Shown here piece by piece: positions 20,345-30,057 of a stretch of 54,038 nucleotides of DNA. Origin of the DNA: Bacteroidetes bacterium HGW-Bacteroidetes-21 (GTDB lineage: Bacteria; Bacteroidota; Bacteroidia; Bacteroidales; GWA2-32-17); assembly GCA_002840935.1 (NCBI GenBank), contig PHDH01000001.1, positions 1-54,038 on the forward strand, in the 5' to 3' direction. A program made the position numbers and the translations under genes. The notes under the pieces are model-generated. The model had not been told where the DNA came from, made no database searches, and saw only the letters and a program-made list of their open reading frames with translations. Every line of letters starts with the position of its first letter. Position 1 is the stretch's first letter.

Positions 20345-20449
20345 ATGAATTATTTAGAATCAATCATTTGGTTTATTAGCTGGCCAATTCTTATCTTTGT
20401 ATCGTACAGAATAATATTATTTGTTCTGAAAAAGTCGAAATCATTGTAA
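20345..20449 (+). CDS. 34-aa single-TM peptide, candidate CydX/CydS-like small subunit
   Basis: Not in the ORF track because it is under 60 aa. ATG at 20345, 11 nt after the cydB stop. It reads MNYLESIIWFISWPILIFVSYRIILFVLKKSKSL*, with one hydrophobic helix and a basic tail. Confidence 0.4.
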   Translation: MNYLESIIWFISWPILIFVSYRIILFVLKKSKSL

Positions 20450-20474
20450 AATAAATAAAATAGGAGATTAAAAA

Positions 20475-20990
20475 ATGTTACCAAAAAAACTTGAAGCAGC
20501 ATTAAACGAACAGGTAAATGCAGAATTATATTCCGCTTATCTGTATTTATCCATGTCATCCTGGTTCGAAAGCAAAAACCTGAAAGGTTTTGCCAACTGG
20601 ATGCGTATTCAATATCAGGAAGAAACCGCACATGCCATGAAGTTCTTCGATTATATCAACGAAAGAGGTGGAACAGCGGTATTAAAAGCTATTGATGCCC
20701 CCAAAGGGAAATGGAAAACTGTCATTGAAATCTTTCAGGAGACATTGAAACACGAACTGCATGTAACTTCACTAATCAATAATCTGGTGAATGTAAGTAT
20801 TTCTGAAAAAGACCATGCTACCAACAATTTTCTGCAATGGTTTGTATCCGAACAGGTCGAAGAAGAAGCCAATGTTACCGGCATACTCGAAGAACTTAAA
20901 ATGATTGAAGGCAAAGGCCCGGCATTATTTATGATAGACCGCGAACTCAAACAACGCGTTTTTGTTCCTATTACTCCTGCCGGAGCTTAA
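20475..20990 (+). CDS. ftnA: Non-heme ferritin
   Basis: The segment 'LNEQVNAELYSAYLYLSMSSWF....L.GFANWMR.Q.QEE..HAMKFFDY' carries the ferroxidase-centre residues. Confidence 0.9.
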   Translation: MLPKKLEAALNEQVNAELYSAYLYLSMSSWFESKNLKGFANWMRIQYQEETAHAMKFFDYINERGGTAVLKAIDAPKGKWKTVIEIFQETLKHELHVTSLINNLVNVSISEKDHATNNFLQWFVSEQVEEEANVTGILEELKMIEGKGPALFMIDRELKQRVFVPITPAGA

Positions 20991-21010
20991 TTCATTAGAT
21001 ACATTTTAAT

Positions 21011-21045
21011 AACGCTGCTATAGGAAAAAGTCTTATGGCAGCGTT
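21011..21045 (+). terminator. Hairpin downstream of ferritin
   Basis: AACGCTGC-loop-GCAGCGTT followed by an A/T-rich tract. The loop is long (~19 nt). Confidence 0.4.
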
Positions 21046-21084
21046 AATTATTTTATTACTTTTGCCCAAAGCTCTGAAAATCTG

Positions 21085-21699
21085 ATGGCAGAAAAGATAA
21101 AATATTATGTAGTATGGAAAGGGGCTAAACCCGGGGTGTACAGAAACTGGTCGGATTGCGAAATGCAGATCAAAGGTTTCACAGGAGCACTTTACAAATC
21201 ATTTCCTAGTCTGGCCGAAGCCGAAAAAGCTTTCAAAGAAAAACCCCATCTGCATCTGAACACTGCAGAGAAAAAAGTAATGCCCTCGGCCAGTATCATT
21301 CGCGATAGCATAAGTGTCGACGGAGCCTGCAGCAGTAACGAGGGAATGATGGAATACCGGGGCGTTCACACGGGTACAAAACAAGTTGTTTTCGCTCAGG
21401 GACCTTTTCGCCATGGTACGAATAATATAGCTGAATTTTTGGCACTGGTTCACGTTTTGGCTTTATGTAAACAAAAAGGATGGAACTACCCGATTTATAC
21501 CGACAGCAAAACAGCTCTGGCCTGGATACGCAACAAAAAAGCCAACACAAAGTGCGATGAAGACGATGACAATCAGGAAATTTTCGACCTGATACAGCGT
21601 GCCGAAAAATGGCTGCAGTCAAATACATGGACGAATCAAATTCTGAAATGGGACACCGAACACTGGGGCGAAATTCCTGCCGATTATGGACGAAAATAA
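21085..21699 (+). CDS. rnhA: Ribonuclease HI with N-terminal hybrid-binding domain
   Basis: N-terminal 'YYVVWKG..PGVY..W..C..QIKGF.GALYKSF' (dsRNA/hybrid-binding fold). It is followed by the RNase H segments 'VDGAC', 'NNIAEFLAL' and 'IYTDSK'. Confidence 0.85.
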   Translation: MAEKIKYYVVWKGAKPGVYRNWSDCEMQIKGFTGALYKSFPSLAEAEKAFKEKPHLHLNTAEKKVMPSASIIRDSISVDGACSSNEGMMEYRGVHTGTKQVVFAQGPFRHGTNNIAEFLALVHVLALCKQKGWNYPIYTDSKTALAWIRNKKANTKCDEDDDNQEIFDLIQRAEKWLQSNTWTNQILKWDTEHWGEIPADYGRK

Positions 21700-21705
21700 C
21701 TTACA

Positions 21706-22365
21706 ATGTTTAAATATCTGATTTTTTCAGCACTCATTATTCTGAGTGCCTGCTCAGGAACCCGACAAGTGATTCCTTTAAAAGCCAAAGAGCATAACGT
21801 AGCCGCTTCGCTGGGCGGTCCCATGATAAAATTTTCGGGACTCGTAATCCCCATGCCTCTGACTTCGGTTGCCTGGAGCTATGGCATTAACGACACGTAC
21901 ACAACAACGACAGCAATCCACACAACATCTATGCTTTTTGGTGTTATTCATTTCGAAGGGTCAGTCCTTAGCCGTGTTTATCTCTCGCCTTGTACACGTT
22001 CTGGAATAACTGTTTCCCCGGGATTTCATGCCATGGCCGACATTTGGGAAGGCAAATTTTCGTTTTATCCTTTTGCCGATTTTATGTTTTACAGAACGTA
22101 TAATGAAGGAAAAGGGATGTTTTATGCCGGTCCCTCACTGATGTTCGATGTCAGGTCAACAAAAGCATTTGACGTAAAAAATACCAATAGAATTATTCCT
22201 TGGTTTTCTGCCGGATACAAATGGAATCGACCTAAAATATCTTATTCTGTGGAATTAAAATATTTGAACTTTACACGCAACAACCAGAATATTGTAGTAG
22301 AATATATAGCTCCCGGAAATAAAGGAGCATTGGGTATTTATTTTGGTCTTTCAAAAACATTTTAA
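21706..22365 (+). CDS. Hypothetical outer-membrane lipoprotein
   Basis: Lipobox LSAC-SG. Alternating beta-strand-like sequence ending in an aromatic C-terminus (...GLSKTF). Confidence 0.45.
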   Translation: MFKYLIFSALIILSACSGTRQVIPLKAKEHNVAASLGGPMIKFSGLVIPMPLTSVAWSYGINDTYTTTTAIHTTSMLFGVIHFEGSVLSRVYLSPCTRSGITVSPGFHAMADIWEGKFSFYPFADFMFYRTYNEGKGMFYAGPSLMFDVRSTKAFDVKNTNRIIPWFSAGYKWNRPKISYSVELKYLNFTRNNQNIVVEYIAPGNKGALGIYFGLSKTF

Positions 22366-23279
22366 TGATGAAAACAGCAATAATTATATTGATTTCCCTG
22401 ATCGTTTCTTCCTGCATCAGATTAGATGATTTTTTCTATAACGCTAACTACAACCCCATCACCTCGTACCAACTGGACGATTATACGGGTCCTACAGAAT
22501 TTACGCTGGATACATCATACAAGATTGATAAAAGCAAAATCAATCTTTTTCAACTTAGTTCCGACATGAACGGTGACATCAAAAACATATACGCATTATA
22601 TGTAGGAGATATGTCAAGGATTGCTACCGATACGGTCATTTTATACTGTCATGGCAACAAAGATCACCTCGACTTTTACTATCCCCGCATACAATTGTTG
22701 GCAAATACTGGCGGAAAAAACCGCTATGGGGTAATGAGCCTTGACTATCGTGGCTTTGGTCTTTCCGAAGGAAAGCCATCAGAAGAAGCCCTTTATGCCG
22801 ATGTCAACGCCGCACTTCTTTGGCTGAAAAGCAAAGGACTTACTGGCGACCGACTTATTATGTATGGCTTCAGCATGGGAACTGCCCCGGCTACCGAACT
22901 TACTGGAAACCCCGAGATATTGCAACCCGCAGGTCTCGTTCTTGAAGCTCCTTTTGCCAGTGCCGAAGTCTTTGTTCAGGATGCCGCAGGACTGTCAATT
23001 CCCGGAACATATATCGTTAACCTGCAAATCAATAATGCCTTTGAAATTCAAAAAGTGCATGTTCCCTTACTTTGGATTCACGGTAAAATAGACGATTTTA
23101 TCAGCATGAAAAGTCATGGCGAAGTTGTCTATGCCAATCACCCGGGCACTAAATTTGCCTGTCGCGTGACAGGCGCCAATCATTCCGACTGTCCTGTATT
23201 GCTGGGTTACAGTAAATATTTGACGATTATGGAGGACTTCATAACAGGAACCCTGACACAAAGTTCAATCCCAGAATAA
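22365..23279 (+). CDS. Alpha/beta-hydrolase lipoprotein
   Basis: Lipobox VSSC, an 'HGN' oxyanion region and a GFSMGTA nucleophile elbow (GxSxG). Candidate downstream Asp/His are present (D in 'GKIDDF', H in 'GANHSD'). Confidence 0.7.
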   Translation: MMKTAIIILISLIVSSCIRLDDFFYNANYNPITSYQLDDYTGPTEFTLDTSYKIDKSKINLFQLSSDMNGDIKNIYALYVGDMSRIATDTVILYCHGNKDHLDFYYPRIQLLANTGGKNRYGVMSLDYRGFGLSEGKPSEEALYADVNAALLWLKSKGLTGDRLIMYGFSMGTAPATELTGNPEILQPAGLVLEAPFASAEVFVQDAAGLSIPGTYIVNLQINNAFEIQKVHVPLLWIHGKIDDFISMKSHGEVVYANHPGTKFACRVTGANHSDCPVLLGYSKYLTIMEDFITGTLTQSSIPE

Positions 23280-23286
23280 TCAATAT

Positions 23287-24771
23287 TTACATTTTTGATT
23301 TTATCAAAGCAAAAACTTGTTTCGCTTTAGCTGTAACTTCTGGACTCAGGTTAAGCCATAAAACGGGCGTCATAAAAAAGACGGTCATCACACCACTTCT
23401 CACAATAATATCTAACCAGAAAGGTTTAAATGATGGAATTAACCATCCCACTAAATAAGTTGCAAAAGCCAAGGCAAGGATAATTAAAATCCGATAATTA
23501 AAAGGTTGAAGTTTGAATTTAAACAACAGAAACAAGTACCTCATCAGATTAAAGATAAACATAGAAATTGTGCTGGCAATGGCTGCACCAGTAATTCCGT
23601 ATAAAGGAATCATCAGCATATTGGTTACAACCACAATGGCGACAAAAATCACCATAAAAACAGCATGTAATTTATAATAAGCACTGGTGGCGATAATGGC
23701 ATTATTCACTCCGGTAGCCATATCTATGAGACTGGAAGTGCAAATCCAGAATATAACCCACTTACCTGCCATATATTTCTCAGGCAAGAGAAAGAAGACA
23801 TTGTCGATATTCGCCCAAATACCAGCAAAAAGTAATGAGGCAAAGAGAAGTTGATTCAGGCAGCTCTTATAATAAATATCTTTTATCACCTGAATATCCA
23901 TTTTTTTCCAGGCTTCCGATAAAAAAGTTGATGTTATTCGCTGCAGAGACCGTGAAGGAAGAAGAATTACGACGCCAAAAAAGAAGGTGACAGTATATAT
24001 TCCTGCATCATACAATCCTACATATTTTTCGATCATAATACGGTCAATATTCACAATTACAGTGCCTGAAAAGACAGAAATAATCCCAAATCCGGCCACA
24101 CTGAAAATTGATTTTCGAAGTGATTTCGATATAAACCCCGGTTCGTACGAAAAAGAAACATTTCCCTCTTTCAACAACATGAAAATTATAATCAATGTAG
24201 GGAAACAAATTGACGCAAAATAAAAGGCTACAAAACCATCGTAATCAATCCACGAAAGAATAAAGGCAGATATCGTAAGAACCACTAGAACCCGCTGAAT
24301 AAATTCTTTCAAAACAGTACCCCTGACGGACAAATACAACATACGACTGTAGGCGTCAAACAAATTGAAAAACAGAAGAAATACTGCCGTTACAGGAATA
24401 TAATACACGTAATATTTAAGCAGTTCAGATGAATTTTCCGTACCACTTAAAATAAATGGTTTAAGTACAAAAAACAGAGCCATTATAACTCCCGTCCCGA
24501 TCAACCCCGACAACATAAGCCAGGCAGTATACCCATGATGTTTTTTATCCTCTGTACGAAACCATGGAAAAAGTCGTCCGGTGACATTATCAAAACCCAG
24601 GTTTCCAATCTGAGAGAATAAAATTGCATACGACAATACAACACTAACTAATCCAACTTGTTGAGGAGTAAAGAACCATGCAAACAAAAAGATATTTGTG
24701 ACAACACCTATTACCACACCCAAGTAGGTGTAAATTGTACCTTTAATGGTTTGTTTTTCAATTAGTCCCAA
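23287..24771 (-). CDS. Polysaccharide flippase (MOP/Wzx-like)
   Basis: 494-aa protein with about 12-14 TM helices, adjacent to a GT gene on the same strand. Confidence 0.6.
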   Translation of the reverse strand: MGLIEKQTIKGTIYTYLGVVIGVVTNIFLFAWFFTPQQVGLVSVVLSYAILFSQIGNLGFDNVTGRLFPWFRTEDKKHHGYTAWLMLSGLIGTGVIMALFFVLKPFILSGTENSSELLKYYVYYIPVTAVFLLFFNLFDAYSRMLYLSVRGTVLKEFIQRVLVVLTISAFILSWIDYDGFVAFYFASICFPTLIIIFMLLKEGNVSFSYEPGFISKSLRKSIFSVAGFGIISVFSGTVIVNIDRIMIEKYVGLYDAGIYTVTFFFGVVILLPSRSLQRITSTFLSEAWKKMDIQVIKDIYYKSCLNQLLFASLLFAGIWANIDNVFFLLPEKYMAGKWVIFWICTSSLIDMATGVNNAIIATSAYYKLHAVFMVIFVAIVVVTNMLMIPLYGITGAAIASTISMFIFNLMRYLFLLFKFKLQPFNYRILIILALAFATYLVGWLIPSFKPFWLDIIVRSGVMTVFFMTPVLWLNLSPEVTAKAKQVFALIKSKM

Positions 24772-24808
24772 AACAGCAGTATAGAAAGCTCAAAGTTATA
24801 AAAGAATT

Positions 24809-25921
24809 TCAGAAAAGCATCTTCAGCAATTTCTCAGCATTCTTTACATTCGACATTTCATTTTCAAGCAAATCAATTCTTTTCTGCACAGCATCTTCCA
24901 CAAAATCAATTTTGGCGTTCTGTTCTACAAGAGATATAAATTCCGCATCATTATGTGCAACTTGGCATAATGACGCCAACCCGGTATTATCAACAATGGT
25001 AGGATTAACAATACAATGACGTCCTCCAAAAAGTGAAGCCAGTAGTTTAAGCTTAATCCCTGTAGCCTGAAATGTCATTAGAATATTCATTTGTGCATGA
25101 CGAATGAGAGTATTCATCTCTTTTTCATCCGGATCTGCAACTACTTTTATATGATTATTGATACATGCAGCTTTATAAATTTCATTCCCAGGTTGTTTCC
25201 CAGCTATTATGAAAGGATAATCTAATTTTTTAAAAACATTTTCTATAAGATGAAGTGCAGCTCTTTGATTTTCAGGTACCGACAAATTTCCATGAAACAA
25301 AGCATACTCCCCATGCCCTATTAGAATATCCACTTTATTGTTAGGATGGAAAGCCGGCACATAGTTAACATTATTAAATTTTTCATTGAAATAGATATAG
25401 TCTGCATGTGAAATGGCTGCAATTCCCGTTGTTTTACTCAAAATTTTCTCATATCGTTTCAATTTCACGGCTTCGGAATAGAAAAAAAGCTTACGTGGCA
25501 AATTGTTTTCTGCCTCCATCAAACCACGATAATAATCATGTTCCACATTGTGCGTTCTAACAACTAATTTTCGTTGTGGAGATAAAATATCATTAATACA
25601 TGCCGTTGTATGTAATCCTTCGAACAAGACAGGATGATTATCTTTTTTGAGATGTGTGGTTAATTCTGAAGACACTCGCGTTGAAACAATATATGGATAT
25701 GTGTCGATAAGATAAGAGGATCCGCTTCGACGAGCATAATAATACACTTTCGAACAATAATCATTTAACACCTCACTTCTTTCACGCCCATATTCAAAAC
25801 AATGGAGTATCACTTCAACACCCGCATTCTTAAGCGCTTTTAATTTATAAAAAATGTCAATCACCCCGCCATAATCAGCAGGATACGGAACGTTGAAGGC
25901 TATGAGATGAACTTTTTCCAT
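24809..25921 (-). CDS. Glycosyltransferase family 1/4-like
   Basis: The start MEKVHLIAFNVPYPADYGGVIDIFYKLKAL is characteristic of a Bacteroidota GT-B subgroup. The ATG at 25921 is preferred to the 36-aa extension from 26029. Confidence 0.6.
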   Translation of the reverse strand: MEKVHLIAFNVPYPADYGGVIDIFYKLKALKNAGVEVILHCFEYGRERSEVLNDYCSKVYYYARRSGSSYLIDTYPYIVSTRVSSELTTHLKKDNHPVLFEGLHTTACINDILSPQRKLVVRTHNVEHDYYRGLMEAENNLPRKLFFYSEAVKLKRYEKILSKTTGIAAISHADYIYFNEKFNNVNYVPAFHPNNKVDILIGHGEYALFHGNLSVPENQRAALHLIENVFKKLDYPFIIAGKQPGNEIYKAACINNHIKVVADPDEKEMNTLIRHAQMNILMTFQATGIKLKLLASLFGGRHCIVNPTIVDNTGLASLCQVAHNDAEFISLVEQNAKIDFVEDAVQKRIDLLENEMSNVKNAEKLLKMLF

Positions 25922-26175
25922 AAAATTTCCCCAAACGTGCACATTTTTTTTCAATTTAAATAAAATTTTTGACGAAATCCCAAAATCGCTTTTTGTACAA
26001 ATTATTGTAGCATAGCAAAGGCACTTCAATAATTATATACTAAATAAAATTTATTCGCCTGATAATCTTCATAATACAAAACACCTGTTTCAAAAGCAAC
26101 AAAAAATATGTTTTATAACCTGTTTTTTCGATTATATTGTCAATAAATTAGTCTTTCTGTAAAAAAAATAAATCT

Positions 26176-26844
26176 ATGGCGAACATTTTTTCTTCCTCCA
26201 TTGGGAAAAAGTTGATTATGAGCGTAAGCGGGTTATTCCTGATTATGTTCTTGCTGGTACATTTAACCGTAAATCTCATGATTTTGTTTGACAGTACCGG
26301 TGAATTATTTAACGAAGCAGCACATTTTATGACAACCAACCCCATAATTAAAATTATGGAACCCTTGCTTGCCCTTGGTTTTCTGATACACATTTTTTAC
26401 GGCACTTATCTTGAGTATCGTAATAATAAAGCCAGGCCAGTAAAATATGCTGTATCGAATAAAAGCGATGCCAGCTGGTCATCGAAAAACATGTTACTTA
26501 CTGGAATCGTAATATTTGCATTCCTCACGGTACATTTATGGAATTACTTCTATAAAATAAAATTTACCGATTTGATTTCCAGTGGTTCTATGACAGAATC
26601 CGACTTGGTCCGCAGCATTTTTATGCCCGAAAGATGGTATTTTTCAATTTTTTATATTGTATCATTTATATTGCTGGCCTTACATCTTAATCACAGTTTT
26701 CAGTCAGCTTTTCAGACCCTTGGCCTGAATAATAATAAATGGTTAAATCGCTGGAAAGTTATTGGTATGCTTTACGCTTTTGTCATTGCAGCAGGATTCT
26801 CCGTAATTCCTATCGCAATTTTTATTCAAGAATATTTTAAATAA
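26176..26844 (+). CDS. sdhC: Succinate dehydrogenase/fumarate reductase cytochrome b subunit (b558 type)
   Basis: About 5 TM helices with conserved His residues ([24 protein letters not shown]), directly upstream of sdhA/sdhB. Confidence 0.85.
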   Translation: MANIFSSSIGKKLIMSVSGLFLIMFLLVHLTVNLMILFDSTGELFNEAAHFMTTNPIIKIMEPLLALGFLIHIFYGTYLEYRNNKARPVKYAVSNKSDASWSSKNMLLTGIVIFAFLTVHLWNYFYKIKFTDLISSGSMTESDLVRSIFMPERWYFSIFYIVSFILLALHLNHSFQSAFQTLGLNNNKWLNRWKVIGMLYAFVIAAGFSVIPIAIFIQEYFK

Positions 26845-26852
26845 TCCCGGAT

Positions 26853-28790
26853 ATGAAAAAACTGGATGCTAGAATTCCCGAAGGTCCTTTACATGAAAAA
26901 TGGACCCATTTTAAAAATACCTGCAAACTTGTTAATCCTAACAACAAAAGAAAACTCGACATTATTGTTGTAGGAACAGGACTGGCTGGCGCATCTGCTG
27001 CTGCTTCTTTAGGTGAACTGGGATACAATGTAACCGTTCTGTGCTATCAGGACAGCCCGCGCAGAGCCCATAGCATTGCGGCACAAGGTGGAATAAATGC
27101 TGCAAAAAACTATACCAACGACGGAGATAGCGTATATCGCCTTTTTTACGATACCATTAAAGGTGGAGATTATCGTGCCCGCGAAGCCAACGTATATCGT
27201 TTGGCCGAAGTCAGTAATGCCATCATCGACCAGTGTGTGGCACAGGGTGTTCCTTTTGCCCGCGACTATGGCGGATTACTCGACAACAGATCATTTGGAG
27301 GCGCTCAGGTTTCTCGTACTTTTTATGCCCGCGGACAAACCGGTCAACAATTACTTTTAGGAGCCTATGGAGCCCTGAATCGTCAGATAAAAGCCGGTAC
27401 AGTTACATTATACAACCGTCGCGACATGCTTAATCTAGTGGTAGTTGACGGAAAAGCCCGGGGTGTCATTGCGCGTAATCTTGTTACAGGTGAAATTGAA
27501 AGATACTCTGGTCATGCCGTTGTTCTCGCTACCGGAGGATACGGTAATGTATATTTTCTTTCAACCAACGCCATGGGTTCAAACGTATCTGCCGCCTGGC
27601 AATCCCACAAAAAAGGAGCCTTCTTTGCCAACGCCTGTTATACTCAGATTCACCCTACCTGCATCCCCGTTCATGGCGACTATCAATCGAAGTTAACATT
27701 GATGAGCGAAAGTCTTCGTAATGATGGCAGGATATGGGTTCCGAAAAAAAATGAAGATGCCGTAAAACTTCAAAAAGGTGAAATTAAACCCAACGATATC
27801 CCCAAAGAAGACAGAGATTATTACCTGGAACGCCGCTATCCGGCTTTTGGAAATCTTGTACCCCGCGATGTAGCTTCAAGAGCGGCTAAAGAACGTTGTG
27901 ATGCAGGATTTGGTGTAAATAATACCGGATTGGCAGTATATCTAGATTTCGAGGATTCCATTAACCGACTGGGGAAAAATGTCATTGAAGAACGTTATGG
28001 TAACCTTTTCCAGATGTACGAAAAAATTGTAGATACCGATCCTTATAATTTGCCGATGATGATTTATCCCGCAGTACATTATACCATGGGAGGATTATGG
28101 GTAGATTACAATCTGATGTCGAGCATTCCCGGACTTTTTGTTGCAGGAGAAGCAAATTTCAGCGACCACGGAGCCAACCGTTTGGGAGCTTCAGCGTTGA
28201 TGCAAGGTCTGGCCGACGGATATTTTGTTCTTCCCTATACCATTGGAGATTATCTGGCAACCGAAATTAAAACACCTCGTATTCCCAACAATTTAAGCGA
28301 GTTTGATATTGCTCATAAGGAAACCAGCGAAAGAATTGATAAATTCTTCTCCATCAAAGGCAGCGAACCTGTTGATTTTTTCCATAAAAAACTCGGAAAA
28401 ATCATGTGGGAAAATGTAGGTATGGGTCGTACCGAAGCCAGTCTCAAAAAAGCCATTGAAGAAATACCCAAACTCAGAAACGAGTTCTGGCAAAACGTAA
28501 TTATTCCGGGCAAACCCGATGAATTTAATCAGGAACTGGAAAAAGCCGGTCGCGTAGCCGATTTCCTTGAACTTGGCGAACTCATGGCCCTCGATGCACT
28601 GAACCGCCGTGAATCTTGCGGAGGACATTTCCGCGAAGAAAGTCAAACCGAAGAAGGGGAAGCTTTGAGACACGACGACGAATTCAGTTACGTAGCAGCT
28701 TGGGAATCGAAGCCCGACAACACATACGAACTGCACAAAGAACCGCTTGAATACGAAGTTATTCAGGTGCAACAACGCAATTATAAATAG
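26853..28790 (+). CDS. sdhA: Succinate dehydrogenase/fumarate reductase flavoprotein subunit
   Basis: FAD fold '[15 protein letters not shown]', the covalent-FAD His region '[14 protein letters not shown]', plus '[10 protein letters not shown]' and '[10 protein letters not shown]'. Confidence 0.95.
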   Translation: MKKLDARIPEGPLHEKWTHFKNTCKLVNPNNKRKLDIIVVGTGLAGASAAASLGELGYNVTVLCYQDSPRRAHSIAAQGGINAAKNYTNDGDSVYRLFYDTIKGGDYRAREANVYRLAEVSNAIIDQCVAQGVPFARDYGGLLDNRSFGGAQVSRTFYARGQTGQQLLLGAYGALNRQIKAGTVTLYNRRDMLNLVVVDGKARGVIARNLVTGEIERYSGHAVVLATGGYGNVYFLSTNAMGSNVSAAWQSHKKGAFFANACYTQIHPTCIPVHGDYQSKLTLMSESLRNDGRIWVPKKNEDAVKLQKGEIKPNDIPKEDRDYYLERRYPAFGNLVPRDVASRAAKERCDAGFGVNNTGLAVYLDFEDSINRLGKNVIEERYGNLFQMYEKIVDTDPYNLPMMIYPAVHYTMGGLWVDYNLMSSIPGLFVAGEANFSDHGANRLGASALMQGLADGYFVLPYTIGDYLATEIKTPRIPNNLSEFDIAHKETSERIDKFFSIKGSEPVDFFHKKLGKIMWENVGMGRTEASLKKAIEEIPKLRNEFWQNVIIPGKPDEFNQELEKAGRVADFLELGELMALDALNRRESCGGHFREESQTEEGEALRHDDEFSYVAAWESKPDNTYELHKEPLEYEVIQVQQRNYK

Positions 28791-28816
28791 TTTTCAATCT
28801 TGTAAAATTGATTCAT

Positions 28817-29560
28817 ATGGACTTGAATTTAAAAATCTGGAAACAAAGTCACGCTAAAGACAAAGGCAGATTCGAAACATATAAAATATTAAACATTTCG
28901 GGCGATTGCTCCTTTCTTGAAATGCTCGACATACTAAACGAACAGCTGGTGCAAGAGAAAAAAGAACCTGTAGCTTTCGACCACGACTGTCGTGAAGGTA
29001 TCTGCGGAATGTGCAGTCTGTATATCAATGGACGGCCTCATGGTCCCGACGATGATATTACAACCTGCCAGTTGCATATGCGCAAATTTAAAGACGGTGA
29101 TACAATTACCATCGAACCTTGGCGTGCAGGACCTTTCCCTGTTATTAAAGATTTGGTGGTTGACAGAAATGCTTTCGATAAAATTTTATACGAAGGAGGT
29201 TTTGTTTCTGTTAACACCAATGCTCCTCAAGATGCCAATGCGATACTTATTCCTCGCGATCATGCGGAAGAAGCTATGGACGCAGCAGCCTGTATAGGTT
29301 GTGGCGCATGTGTTGCTGCCTGCAAAAATTCATCCGCCATGCTCTTTGTCGCTGCGAAAGTTTCGCAACTAAGTCTCCTTCCACAAGGAAGAACTGAAGC
29401 ATCAAAACGCGTAAAAGCTATGATTGCTAAAATGGATGAACTGGGATTTGGTGGTTGTACTAACACTGGTGCATGCGAAGCAGAATGCCCAAAGAACATA
29501 TCCATTGCCCATATTGCCCGACTCAACAGAGAGTTTCTCTGTGCTAAAGCCAAGGATTAG
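28817..29560 (+). CDS. sdhB: Succinate dehydrogenase/fumarate reductase iron-sulfur subunit
   Basis: Three Cys clusters: [21 protein letters not shown] and [12 protein letters not shown]. The ATG at 28817 is preferred to the TTG at 28808. Confidence 0.9.
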   Translation: MDLNLKIWKQSHAKDKGRFETYKILNISGDCSFLEMLDILNEQLVQEKKEPVAFDHDCREGICGMCSLYINGRPHGPDDDITTCQLHMRKFKDGDTITIEPWRAGPFPVIKDLVVDRNAFDKILYEGGFVSVNTNAPQDANAILIPRDHAEEAMDAAACIGCGACVAACKNSSAMLFVAAKVSQLSLLPQGRTEASKRVKAMIAKMDELGFGGCTNTGACEAECPKNISIAHIARLNREFLCAKAKD

Positions 29561-29601
29561 AAAAGTCTCTTTGCTCTGAAACAAATTTAGAATCCCATTA
29601 T

Positions 29602-29635
29602 AAAAGCCTTGATTTTATTATCAGGGCTTTTTTAT
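29602..29635 (+). terminator. Rho-independent terminator of sdhCAB
   Basis: AAAAGCCTTGAT-TTTATT-ATCAGGGCTTTT stem (one G-U pair) followed by a T run. Confidence 0.7.
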
Positions 29636-30057
29636 GCTTCATCGCGAAAGTTATAAACGAAGCACTGTTTAGAATTCACAACTTATAAAAGTTATGAACG
29701 AATATATCTCTTCTTTTTTTATTACATTTGTGATTGAAAAGACAACCTATCAGGCAAATGTGACTGAAAGAGCTTTGCAGTAAATATTATTTCGGACTTA
29801 AGGCGACAATCGCCTGTAATACTGGCTGTTAACTTGCGCGCGTTTTGACAACTAATATTACCTGCATTTTATTCCAACATTATTAAGAATGCCGTTAGTT
29901 TAAGATCCCCGATTATTAAGTAAATTTCATGAATGCCCATTCCTTTCGCTATCTTCTGACAATCTACCTTTTACAGGGCTTTAAAGCGAAAGATTAAAAA
30001 TCAACTTAATTTAAACCCTACACAACAAATCAGGTAAAGAATTATTGATTAATTTAT

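Noticed and set aside
20350-20631. 93-aa minus-strand ORF spanning the cydB-ferritin spacer
   Set aside because: It overlaps the ferritin 5' end antisense and the small plus-strand TM ORF. It has no motifs, an odd composition and no plausible promoter.
28293-28775. 160-aa minus-strand ORF inside sdhA, plus other antisense or alternate-frame ORFs. These include 27097..27696, 28992..29584, 30402..30876, 49342..49755, 17900..18241, 7638..7976, 10627..10938, 12412..12738 and 21199..21628
   Set aside because: All are embedded in confidently identified genes, lack recognisable motifs, and have F/S/R/C-rich composition expected from the opposite or shifted frames.
29636-30057. Invertible-promoter (fimbrial/capsule-type) switch upstream of the glycan locus
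   Set aside because: I found no pair of inverted repeats of about 15 nt or more flanking the spacer, and there is no nearby site-specific recombinase gene.
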